Shown here piece after piece: positions 20,947 through 30,563 of a stretch of 64,000 bases of DNA; position 1 is the first letter of the stretch; each line of letters begins with the position of its first letter. The stretch is taken from NCBI GenBank assembly GCA_002869225.1, contig PKTG01000122.1, positions 32,071 through 96,070 on the forward strand, given 5' to 3'. The notes under the pieces are model-generated. The model saw only the letters and a program-made list of their open reading frames with translations. It was not told the DNA's origin and searched no databases. The translations under genes were made by a program, and so were the position numbers. Source of the stretch: Candidatus Muiribacterium halophilum (GTDB taxonomy: Bacteria; Muiribacteriota; Muiribacteriia; Muiribacteriales; Muiribacteriaceae).

Positions 20947-22683
20947 ATGGATAAAAGACAGTTTCTTACAGGAAATCAGGCAATTGCACGATGTGCCTGG
21001 GAGGCTGGAGTCAAAGTTGCATGTGCATATCCTGGCACTCCAAGTACTGAAATAGTAGAAGAGATAGATAAACTCGAAGATATTTCATCAGAATGGTCTG
21101 TAAATGAAAAGGTTGCTTATGAAGTAGCTTATGGTGCAGCTCTTTCAGGGAGTCGAGCTGTTGTATGTATGAAACAGGTTGGTTTAAATGTTGCAGCTGA
21201 CCCTTTCTTTACCTCAATATACACTGGTGTTAACGCTGGTCTTGTATTAGTTTGTGCAGATGAACCAGGTGTCTTCTCATCTCAAAATGAGCAGGATAAT
21301 AGGAACTATGGACCTTTTGCCAGAATACCTATACTTGAACCGGCTGATTCAGAAGAATGTAGGCTTTTTATGAAGGAAGCATTTGAGATATCCGAGAGAT
21401 TTGATACTCCAGTTATGATAAGGTTGACAACAAGAGTATGTCACACACACACCATCACAGGGTTGAATATTAGAGAAGAAGTAAAGAAGCATGAATATAA
21501 AAAAGATGCAAGAAAACGATCGATGATACCTATATACGCTTTAAAAAGACACGAGATAGTCGAGGAAAGGATCAGAGAACTTAAAAAATTTAACGAAGAA
21601 TTTGCGTGCAATAAGATATTTCAGGGTACAAGAAAGGATCTTTGTATCATATCTTCAGGAATGGCGAGTCAGCACGTTCTTGAAGTTGCAGAAGACATAT
21701 CCATACTAAAGCTTGCGATGTCATATCCAATGCCTGATGATCTTATAGGAGATTTTTGCAGTGAGTACGAAAAAGTACTTGTGGTAGAAGAAAATGATGA
21801 TTTTATTTACAATAATATTCTAAGAATTATTAATAAAGAAAAAGTCATAAAGAAACCAGATCATATGAGGGTGGATGAACTCAATCCTGACCGTGTCAGA
21901 AGGATTTTAGATGAAAACATAGATAATACCTCTTCTGATAATACAAAGCAGGATGATTTATCGCTACCACCAAGACCACCTCAGATGTGTCCGGGTTGTC
22001 CACATAGGGCCGCGTTTTATCTTTTAAGGAAATATAAATATACAATAACCGGAGATATTGGTTGTTATGGTCTGGGAGTTCTACCTCCTTTTGAGGCAAT
22101 GGATACTATAATATGTATGGGTGCATCTGTTAGTATGGCTCATGGATTCGATAAAGGAAATAAAGATGCTGTTGGTGTCATAGGTGATTCAACTTTCTTT
22201 CATACAGGTATAAATTCCTTGATAAATTCCTATTACAATAATGGAAGATCTGCTGTTGTAATTCTAGATAATTCAATTACAGCTATGACTGGTGGACAGG
22301 TAAATCCATCATCAGAAAAAACAAAGACAAGATCTGTATCAATTGAAAATGTTGTAAGATCTATAGGGATTGAAGATGTAAGGGTGATCGATGCTTACGA
22401 TTATAATAAGCTGGATAAAGAGATAAAGGCTCTAAAGGATAGAGAAGACCTTAGAGTGCTTATTGTGAGGCAACCATGTGTTCTTATAAGAAAAGACAGA
22501 CCTTCAAAACCACTTTTTATAGATAAAGAAGAGTGTATAAGATGTGGAATTTGTCTTAAAGTGGGATGTCCTGCTATAAGTGTGGATCAGGAAAAGAGAC
22601 CTTTTATTATAGGATCGTTTTGTTTTGGATGTGGAGTTTGTAAAAGTGTTTGTCCAAAAGGAGCTATAAAAGATGGTGAATAA
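20947..22683 (+). CDS. iorA: Indolepyruvate:ferredoxin oxidoreductase alpha subunit
   Basis: GNQAIARCAWEAGVKVACAYPGTPSTEI N-terminus, a TPP-binding region, and two C-terminal ferredoxin-type Cys clusters (CIRCGICLKVGCP, CFGCGVCKSVCP). Confidence 0.88.
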   Translation: MDKRQFLTGNQAIARCAWEAGVKVACAYPGTPSTEIVEEIDKLEDISSEWSVNEKVAYEVAYGAALSGSRAVVCMKQVGLNVAADPFFTSIYTGVNAGLVLVCADEPGVFSSQNEQDNRNYGPFARIPILEPADSEECRLFMKEAFEISERFDTPVMIRLTTRVCHTHTITGLNIREEVKKHEYKKDARKRSMIPIYALKRHEIVEERIRELKKFNEEFACNKIFQGTRKDLCIISSGMASQHVLEVAEDISILKLAMSYPMPDDLIGDFCSEYEKVLVVEENDDFIYNNILRIINKEKVIKKPDHMRVDELNPDRVRRILDENIDNTSSDNTKQDDLSLPPRPPQMCPGCPHRAAFYLLRKYKYTITGDIGCYGLGVLPPFEAMDTIICMGASVSMAHGFDKGNKDAVGVIGDSTFFHTGINSLINSYYNNGRSAVVILDNSITAMTGGQVNPSSEKTKTRSVSIENVVRSIGIEDVRVIDAYDYNKLDKEIKALKDREDLRVLIVRQPCVLIRKDRPSKPLFIDKEECIRCGICLKVGCPAISVDQEKRPFIIGSFCFGCGVCKSVCPKGAIKDGE

Positions 22684-23266
22684 TATTTTTATATCAGGAG
22701 TTGGTGGACAGGGAATAATCACTGCAAGTAGAATAATCTCAGGAGCTTTTTTTGAGGCAGGATTTGATGTTAAAAAGGCTGAGATACATGGATTATCTCA
22801 AAGAGGTGGGTCAGTTGTATCTCAGATAAGATATGGTGATAAGGTCTTTTCCCCTATAATACCAAAAGCGAAATGCGAACACGTGCTTTCGCTTGAAAAG
22901 ATGGAAACATTACGTTATATGGAGCTTTATAATAGTAAGACCAGATTTGTTATAAATGATCTTAAGATGCTTCCTATTACAGTCAGTTCGGGAAAATTTG
23001 ACTATCCGGAAAATGTTAAGGACATCTTATTTTCAAGAGGTATAAATGATATAAAGCTTATTGATGCGGATGCAATGGCCAAAAAAGAGTTTTCAGATTC
23101 TAGAATGGCTAATACTATACTTATAGGAGTTATGTCATCAAGTATTGATATTGATGAAAATAATTGGATTTCTTCAATTCATAAAAATATAAAAAACAAA
23201 TATATAGAAAAAAATATTCAAGCTTTTAAGCTTGGGAAAAAATACGGGGTGGAAAATGTTAAATAA
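22673..23266 (+). CDS. iorB: Indolepyruvate:ferredoxin oxidoreductase beta subunit
   Basis: ISGVGGQGI N-terminus and ~197 aa length. Overlaps the iorA stop. Confidence 0.8.
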   Translation: MVNNIFISGVGGQGIITASRIISGAFFEAGFDVKKAEIHGLSQRGGSVVSQIRYGDKVFSPIIPKAKCEHVLSLEKMETLRYMELYNSKTRFVINDLKMLPITVSSGKFDYPENVKDILFSRGINDIKLIDADAMAKKEFSDSRMANTILIGVMSSSIDIDENNWISSIHKNIKNKYIEKNIQAFKLGKKYGVENVK

Positions 23267-24578
23267 TTTTGTTTCGTTTATTGGAATCTTTGTTTTACTT
23301 GGAATCGCTTATCTTTTATCGGATAACAAAAAGAAGATCAATTGGAAACTCGTTAGTTGGGGAATAGGTCTTCAACTTGTGTTTGCTTTTATTATTCTTT
23401 GGACAAAACCTGGTAGAGTATTTTTTGCATGGATAAAAGATGCTGTTGAAGTGCTTCTTGGTTTTACAAGAGCTGGTTCGGTATTTGTATTTGGAGGTCT
23501 GGTTGACAATATTGACTCATTTGGTTATATTTTTGCCTTTCAGGTCCTTCCAACTATAATTTTCTTCTCATCCTTTATGTCAGTACTTTATCATCTCGGA
23601 ATTATGCAGAAGATAGTAGTAGTAATGGCAAAAGCTATGACAAAATTTATGGGTGCATCGGGAGCTGAAAGTCTTTCATGTGCTGCTAATGTTTTTGTTG
23701 GTCAGACAGAAGCCCCTCTTGTCATTAAACCTTATATTAAGACTATGACTAAATCCGAGGTCATGACTTTGATGACTGGTGGTATGGCAACTGTAGCAGG
23801 TGGAGTAATGGCAGCTTATGTAGGTATGGGAGTAGATGCTGGACATCTTCTTGCAGCAAGTATTATGTCTGCACCGGCAGCAATTGTCATGGCGAAACTA
23901 TTAGTCCCTGAAGTGGAAGAGTCTCAGACTGCTGGAGATGTAAAACTTCAACTTGAGAAGACTTCTGTAAATGTTATTGATGCAGCAGCATCAGGAGCAG
24001 CAGATGGATTGAAATTAGCGTTAAATGTAGCTGCAATGCTTCTTGCTTTTATAGCACTTATTGATATGGTGAATTTCTTTATTGTAAAACTTAGTGGATT
24101 GTTTCTTACTGATCCTCTTACATTTCAGGGATTATTATCTTATATATTTGCTCCAATAGCTTGGATAATGGGTGTTCCTAAAGCCGATATGTATGAGATA
24201 GGAAAACTTCTTGGTATTAAGACTGTCCTTAATGAGTTTGTTGCTTATGCTGAACTTTCCAAAGTTGTTGGAAAACTCTCAGAAAGATCAGTAGTAATAG
24301 CTACTTATGCACTTTGTGGATTTGCAAACTTTTCATCAATAGCTATTCAGATAGGTGGTATTTCAGCCTTAGCACCAGGTAAAAAACATATGCTTGCAAA
24401 ACTAGGCATGAAATCCATGATAGGTGGCACTTTAGCTGCATTTCTTACTGCAACTATAGCCGGAATGTTATATCAGGAACCAACAAAGGCTTTGGATAAT
24501 ATGAAAGACGGTAAGAAAGTCTCATGTAATACAGTATATGAAAAAGATATAGATTATTGGAGATTGATTAGTGATTGA
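23256..24578 (+). CDS. nupC: NupC/CNT family nucleoside transporter (track start 23232; ATG 23256 is more likely)
   Basis: Polytopic protein with CNT motifs (FVGQTEAPLVIKPY, GFANFSSIAIQIGG). Confidence 0.88.
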   Translation: MLNNFVSFIGIFVLLGIAYLLSDNKKKINWKLVSWGIGLQLVFAFIILWTKPGRVFFAWIKDAVEVLLGFTRAGSVFVFGGLVDNIDSFGYIFAFQVLPTIIFFSSFMSVLYHLGIMQKIVVVMAKAMTKFMGASGAESLSCAANVFVGQTEAPLVIKPYIKTMTKSEVMTLMTGGMATVAGGVMAAYVGMGVDAGHLLAASIMSAPAAIVMAKLLVPEVEESQTAGDVKLQLEKTSVNVIDAAASGAADGLKLALNVAAMLLAFIALIDMVNFFIVKLSGLFLTDPLTFQGLLSYIFAPIAWIMGVPKADMYEIGKLLGIKTVLNEFVAYAELSKVVGKLSERSVVIATYALCGFANFSSIAIQIGGISALAPGKKHMLAKLGMKSMIGGTLAAFLTATIAGMLYQEPTKALDNMKDGKKVSCNTVYEKDIDYWRLISD

Positions 24579-24846
24579 TAAAGATACTACTGTAAAGTCA
24601 CCTGATAATATTCTTTTTACTCAACTCGAGGATGAGATAATCATCCTCGATATAAACACTGGAAAATATTTTTCTTTAAACTCTACAGCTGCGGATATAT
24701 TTAGAAGATTTGTAGATGGTGCTTCGTTTGGTGAAGTCCTGGATGAGATGAAGATAAGATATCCGGAGGCTTCAGAGAGACAACTCGAAAATGATATAAG
24801 AGAGATCATTATAGATCTTCGTGAAAGTGAGATATTTGATTTTTAA
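24571..24846 (+). CDS. PqqD-family protein (RiPP recognition element type; candidate lasso B1)
   Basis: 91 aa. ILFTQLEDEIIILDINTGKYFSLNSTAADIFRRFVDGASFGEVLDEMKIRYP...ENDIREIIIDL is the canonical PqqD/RRE pattern. GTG start overlaps the nupC stop. Confidence 0.8.
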   Translation: MIDKDTTVKSPDNILFTQLEDEIIILDINTGKYFSLNSTAADIFRRFVDGASFGEVLDEMKIRYPEASERQLENDIREIIIDLRESEIFDF

Positions 24847-24848
24847 TT

Positions 24849-27800
24849 ATGTACGAGATATGTTTTTATAATCTGGACATGTTTTTTTTTATACAGGCAT
24901 TACTGTATTCTTTTTCAATAATTTTTTGTTATCAGATATTTAATAAAGAAAAAGATCCATCTTTCCTTTTTTCGATTTTTGCCATGGTAGTACTGATTAT
25001 CAATATATTTTATGCAGGAATCGGAAGATTAGCTGATTTTAATTACGACTTTTCTGTAAGGCTTTTCTTTTTTATAATAATCCTTATAGAGGCTTTTTTT
25101 ATTGCTTTTAAGGGGAAAGAAAAATATTTCTTACGGTCTGTTGTTCTTGTACTCCTTGCAGGAAGTGACCTTACTTATGATTGGCTTTACAGAGAGATAT
25201 TTGCAGCTTTGATGTGTTTTCCACTTTTTCTGATTTATTTTAACGATCTGAAAAAAATAAAAAGTTCAGGTGAGATCAAAAATTTAAGCAAGATATTTAT
25301 ATTTTTTGCATTACTTCTTATATTTTCTTTTATTGTTATCTACAAAATAGGTCAGAAGGATTTTAAGCGTTTTTATTCGGATACACAAAAAAATCTATTT
25401 GAGATAAAAGGTAGAATAGAACGGGAGATAGATAATAGTCATACTCTACTAAGACTGTTTCCTGGAAAAAAGATAATAGATATCTTAAAAGATCCTATAG
25501 AGAATAACGATGATAAATATCATATTTACGAAAGATTTGATAAGTTAATATCTTTAAATCAAGGTAGTATTGTATATATAATGGATAGAAACGGAACTGT
25601 CTTGTTATCTTCAAATCATAATGAGAAGGATAGTTTCGAAGATAAAAATTTTAATTTTAGACCTTATTTTCTGGAAGCACTTCACGGACAGGATTCATCT
25701 TATATAGCCGTTGGTAAAGTAAGCGGTAAAAGAGGGTTATATATTTCCAGTCCAATAACTGATAGTAATAATAAGGTAGTAGGTGTCATAGTCTTAAAAA
25801 GACCTATGGAAATAATCGATGATATGCTTGAGTATAATGTTTTTATAATAAGCGAGTATGGTCTTATATTTTCATCAGGAAATAAGGATGATCTTTTAAG
25901 ATTTATTACACCAAAAGATATAGAGGTAATAAATAAATTAAGAGACAGTCAGCAATTTTATCTTAGCGATATACCGACTCCGATATTATCTAAACCTCTA
26001 GAAGAAGGAAAGATTGTCATTGATGAAAGTCAAAGTATTTGGGAGAATCTCTTGCCGGTTAGTTTTAAGCTTTCTGTTAAAGGGTTTAATATAATAAAAT
26101 TACAGGAATTTGATGGATTACATGAAAGAAGAATCCTAATAGATATGTTCCTCTTTTTCTGTTTTTTCTTTCTTTTTACAATAATAGCACATTATCAAAA
26201 TATTAAAGTGATTATGATGAGATTGAGAAACTCAGAGAGAAATCTTGCCCAAACGTTGGACCTTATGGCTGTTTTGGTCTTTGAGGTGGATGAGAGCTTA
26301 AATCTTTTATATTATAACAAAGCTTTTAATGATTTCTTTGGATTAGTAGATGAAGTTTCAAATTTAAAGGATGTCGTTCATAAAGATTCTATTCCAGATA
26401 TCATCTATATTTTTGCTAAAATGAAAAGATCGCCTATTTCTGATTTTGAATTTAATTTTAAAGATCAAAAAGGTGATAATAAATTTGTATTAATAAGTTC
26501 AACAAGTTTTATAAGAAATTCAGCTTTGAATTATAGAGTTGTACTTTATGATATAACCGGGAAAAAAGAGCTTATGAAAGAACTCGAGACCACAGATAAT
26601 AAATATTCATATACTCTTGAAAGTTTACCGTTGCCTCTTGTTGAGATAGGTGATGATAAAAATATATATTTAGTAAATGAGAGTTTCGTCGATGAATTTT
26701 TCTTTGAAAGAGATATACCATGTCTGGTAGAGGATGTCTTTTCCGAAAATTCCTTAGAGAATATTAACAATGCACTTGAAAAAGTTTTTAAAGGAGAACG
26801 AGTAGATAATATAGAAATATCTAGAAGAAAAGGAAAAAGAGAAAAATATTTTCTTGGATCAGCAATACCAGTATACGAAAAAGGTCACTTGACCAAAGGA
26901 AGATTTATCTTTAATAATATTACATCTTTGATCAGATATGAAAATGAGATCAGGGATCTTTTTATAGCAGTAGATACCTCCCTTGTTGGAATAAGTATAT
27001 ATACAAAAGATCTTATAATTATTTATTGCAATCCTATGTTCGAGGAAATAACCGGATATAAAAAGAGTGAGATAATTGGAAATACATCGGATAAAATAGG
27101 TATGAATTTTATAATAAGGGAAAAAGGATGGGAAGGTGAGATAACTTTAAATGATAAACAGGGAAAAGAAAAAATAATGTATCAGAAAATATCACCTGTT
27201 TATTCAAACAATAAAAACATTACTGGTTATGTCTCTGTAATAATAGATGTCTCTGATAGAAAGGAACTTGAAAAAGATCTCTTAAAAGCTAAGAAAAAGG
27301 CTGAAAGATTGAGTGAGACTAGGAAGCTTCTTATGATGAAGATGTCTCATGAGATAAACACTCCTCTAAATAAGATCATAAATATCGCACAAATATCCAT
27401 AGATCAATGCGTAGATAAAAATACATCGGAAGATCTAAAAAATATCATCTCAGAAAGTAAATTACTCAATCAGATAATAAGAAATATTCTTATATTATCT
27501 GAAATAGAGATGAATGGCTATAATATGAACATGAAAGAGACTGATGTAATATCAACAATTGAGGATACTGTGTAAAATCATCAGGAGTATGCTAAAGAAA
27601 AGGGAGTAAAAATAAACTTTGAGAAGAAGGATAATAGAATCGAAGATGTGATTTTGATTGACAAAAATGTTCTTGAACTGGTTTCTGGAAATCTTATATC
27701 AAACGCGATTAAATTTTCAAAAGATGGTAATGTAGATATAAATATCTCTTTAGATAAAGAACGAAAAAATATATTAATATTGACAGTAAAAGATAACGGA

Positions 27801-28451
27801 GTCGGGATTGAAAAAAATAAACAGACCCTTATTTTTGAACCATTCTTCCAGGAAGAGGATAGTTTGAGAAGACAATATCAGGGTCTTGGGATCGGTTTAT
27901 CGATAGTTAAAAAGGTACTTATCAGTATTGGTGGAGATATATTTTTAGAGAGTAATAAAGGAACAGGTTAAATATTTAGAGCAAGAATACCTTATAAAAT
28001 ATCTGCTAATAAAAAGACAACTAAAGTAGAAACTGATAAAACAGAATCTAAATTAAAAAATATTGGAAAAATAAATGTACTTGTAGTTGATGATGCAAGA
28101 GAAAATCGTTTTATCGTAAAGACATATCTTTCAAAACTTGGAATAAAGCCTGATGAAGCTTCTGGAGGCGAAGAAGCTCTTTTGTTAATAAAAGATAAGG
28201 ATTATGATATAATATTACTTGACATACAGATGCCAGGAATTGATGGATATCAAGTTTTAGATGAGGCAAGGCAACTAGAGGAAGGTAGAAGTAAAAAAGC
28301 TTTTATTATTGCACTGACGGCACATTCTTTGCCTGAAGATGTTGAAAAATCAAAAGCAGCAGGATTTGATGAGCATATAAGTAAACCGATCAGAAAAAAG
28401 GAATTCTTAATAAATATTAAAGAAGTAATAGAAAGGATGATCAAAGGATGA
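24849..28451 (+). pseudogene. Hybrid sensor histidine kinase (multi-TM, Cache-like, PAS, HisKA, HATPase_c, REC) carrying two in-frame TAA codons (27573-27575, 27969-27971)
   Basis: Track ORFs 24849, 27648 and 28182 share one frame with no other stops. H-box MSHEINTPLN. N/G boxes NLISNAIKFS ... DNGVGI ... GLGIGLSIV ... GTG*IF. REC has VLVVDD ... ILLDIQMPGIDG ... HISKP. Confidence 0.8.
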
Positions 28452-28756
28452 ATAGATTTACCGTTGAGGTCGATATCGATCTGAAAGAATTTATTCCAGA
28501 TTTTATTGAGGGTAAAGTTAAATCTTTTAAAGATGTATCAAAACTTATCGAAAATAAGGATTATGAAGGCATTTACAAGATAGGTCACGGATTAAAAGGA
28601 ACTGGTTCTGCATATGGTTTTGACTTTATAACCGAATTTGGAAAAAGACTTGAATCTCTTTCTAAAGAAAAAGATGATAGCTCGATTCAGAAGCTGTGTG
28701 ACGAAGCGCTTGAGTATTTAGATAAAATAGATATAAAATATGTAGTGATTGAATGA
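28448..28756 (+). CDS. Hpt (histidine phosphotransfer) domain protein
   Basis: 102 aa with the HGLKGTGSAYGF phospho-His motif. Confidence 0.7.
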   Translation: MNRFTVEVDIDLKEFIPDFIEGKVKSFKDVSKLIENKDYEGIYKIGHGLKGTGSAYGFDFITEFGKRLESLSKEKDDSSIQKLCDEALEYLDKIDIKYVVIE

Positions 28757-29871
28757 AAAAAACTGATGTATTGATTGTTGGTGCAGGTATATCAGGATTA
28801 TCTTCTGCATTATTCTTATCAAAACATGGAATTTCCGTAACCGTAATAGAGAAAAAAGATAGAGTTGGTACAAAACCATGTGCCGGCGGATTGACATTTA
28901 AATCTTTAAAACTTATCAAAAGTCTAATAGAGCCAAACATAACAAGACATATAAAAAAAAATAAAATCGCATCTATATTTCTCAAAAATAAAAAAATAAA
29001 AAAAATATTATCACCTTTCCCTTATTCGATTATATTAAGAAGACAACTCGATATATTATTATACAAAAAGCTTAATAAAAAAAATTGTAATATCTATTTT
29101 AGTGAGAAAATAAAGTATATTGACCTAAAAAAAAATATTCTTATAACAAAAAGTGGAAAAAAGATAGCTTTTAAATTCTTAATAGGTGCTGATGGTGTTT
29201 TTTCTTTTGTCAGAAAAATGATCAAAGGAAATAGAAGATTTAAAAGCTTTTTCAATACGGCCAGTGCAGTAATTCCATCTGATTCTCTAAAAAAAAAGGT
29301 AGATGATATGGAGTTTTACTTTGGAGAAAATAAAAAAGGTTATAAATGGATTTTTAATGGTGGTTCTTTTTATTCCTTTGGTTGTGGTGGACATGAAGAT
29401 GTTATTTCTTTAGAAAAAAAACTATTAAGATCTATAAATAAAAAGACTTTAATAAAAAAAATAAAAATATATCATCATCCTATACCAATAAGTAATAGAA
29501 TTTTTTATGGGAATAAAAACGTTTTACTTCTGGGAGATGCCGCTGGTCTTGCGGGTGGATTATATGGTGAGGGTATTTTTAATGCACTTATAAGTTCTTT
29601 TGTTGCTGCAAATACGATTAGATTTCATTTTGCGGGTAATAAAGATCTTGATGATCTAGCTTATATTTATAGAAAAAACATGAAAATAGCGTTGGGAAAT
29701 ACTCTTGTTATTGAAAATTTATTAGCACAGGTGTATTATACTATTATGGAGATAACAAAAGGATATTTACTTTTGCCATTAATAAAAACACTTAGTTTAC
29801 CGATATTATACACTGGACATGAAAAATTTGGAATTCCTGGAATAAATAAAACTCTTGGAGATGTTTTTTAA
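28753..29871 (+). CDS. FAD-dependent oxidoreductase (geranylgeranyl-reductase-like)
   Basis: DVLIVGAGISGLSSALFLSKHGISVTVIEKK dinucleotide fold and LLGDAAG motif. Very Lys-rich with many A-runs. Confidence 0.65.
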   Translation: MKKTDVLIVGAGISGLSSALFLSKHGISVTVIEKKDRVGTKPCAGGLTFKSLKLIKSLIEPNITRHIKKNKIASIFLKNKKIKKILSPFPYSIILRRQLDILLYKKLNKKNCNIYFSEKIKYIDLKKNILITKSGKKIAFKFLIGADGVFSFVRKMIKGNRRFKSFFNTASAVIPSDSLKKKVDDMEFYFGENKKGYKWIFNGGSFYSFGCGGHEDVISLEKKLLRSINKKTLIKKIKIYHHPIPISNRIFYGNKNVLLLGDAAGLAGGLYGEGIFNALISSFVAANTIRFHFAGNKDLDDLAYIYRKNMKIALGNTLVIENLLAQVYYTIMEITKGYLLLPLIKTLSLPILYTGHEKFGIPGINKTLGDVF

Positions 29872-29886
29872 GATCACGGAGGATTA

Positions 29887-30258
29887 ATGAAGATACTCGC
29901 ACTTGATGATGATATTGCTATGACAAATCTGATCAAGGCATATGCAAAAAAATTAAATTATAGTGTTGAAGTAATAAACAATCCTGATAAACTTCTGGAA
30001 AAGATCGCAAGATTTAATCCTGATCTTATAATACTTGATCTTATGATGCCAAAAAAAGATGGTCTTTCTCTTTTAAAAAGTATTAAAGAAATGGAACTTT
30101 TCAAACACATCCCTGTTCTAATAATAAGTGCAAGGGCTAATCGTTCAACAATATTATCCTGTCTTTCAGCTGGTGCTATAGGATTTTTGCCGAAGCCTAT
30201 CGGACTTGACTTACTCTCAAAAAGACTTCATGATATATTTGATGAAAAAGAATCCTGA
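29887..30258 (+). CDS. Single-domain CheY-like response regulator
   Basis: ILALDDD ... LIILDLMMPKKDG ... PVLIISA ... LPKP receiver motifs. No output domain. Confidence 0.85.
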   Translation: MKILALDDDIAMTNLIKAYAKKLNYSVEVINNPDKLLEKIARFNPDLIILDLMMPKKDGLSLLKSIKEMELFKHIPVLIISARANRSTILSCLSAGAIGFLPKPIGLDLLSKRLHDIFDEKES

Positions 30259-30343
30259 TGAGATATATTTTCTATTAAAGATCTATTTTATCTTTTTATA
30301 TATATTTTTTTAAACTTCTCTTAAAATCTCATTTAAAGCTTCA

Positions 30344-30562
30344 TTGATAATTAGCAGATATCTTTCAAAAATCATATTATTTCAAGACGATTATGAAAGG
30401 TTTATATTAGAGCTTAATGTTAAAGGTCTTAAAAATTGTTTGAGAAAAAGTATTGCTAAAAAAGTAATGCTTGCAAACTGTGGACTTAGATATAGACTTA
30501 GGTTTATGGTTAAAAAAAATAATGTTGGAGCTCATGTGTTTCATGTGAGACTTGAGAAATAA
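30344..30562 (+). CDS. Minimal or truncated lasso-peptide leader peptidase (B2, transglutaminase-core-like)
   Basis: NCLRKSIAKKVMLANCGLRYRLRFMVKKNNVGAHVFHV parallels the B2 core pattern CLxRSLAxxxxLxxxGxxxxLxxGVxxxxxxxxAHAWVE. Cys32-His64 spacing is 32 residues. The frame opens only at 30314 with a TTG start, and it stops before where the third triad residue is expected. Confidence 0.5.
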   Translation: MIISRYLSKIILFQDDYERFILELNVKGLKNCLRKSIAKKVMLANCGLRYRLRFMVKKNNVGAHVFHVRLEK

Positions 30563-30563
30563 T

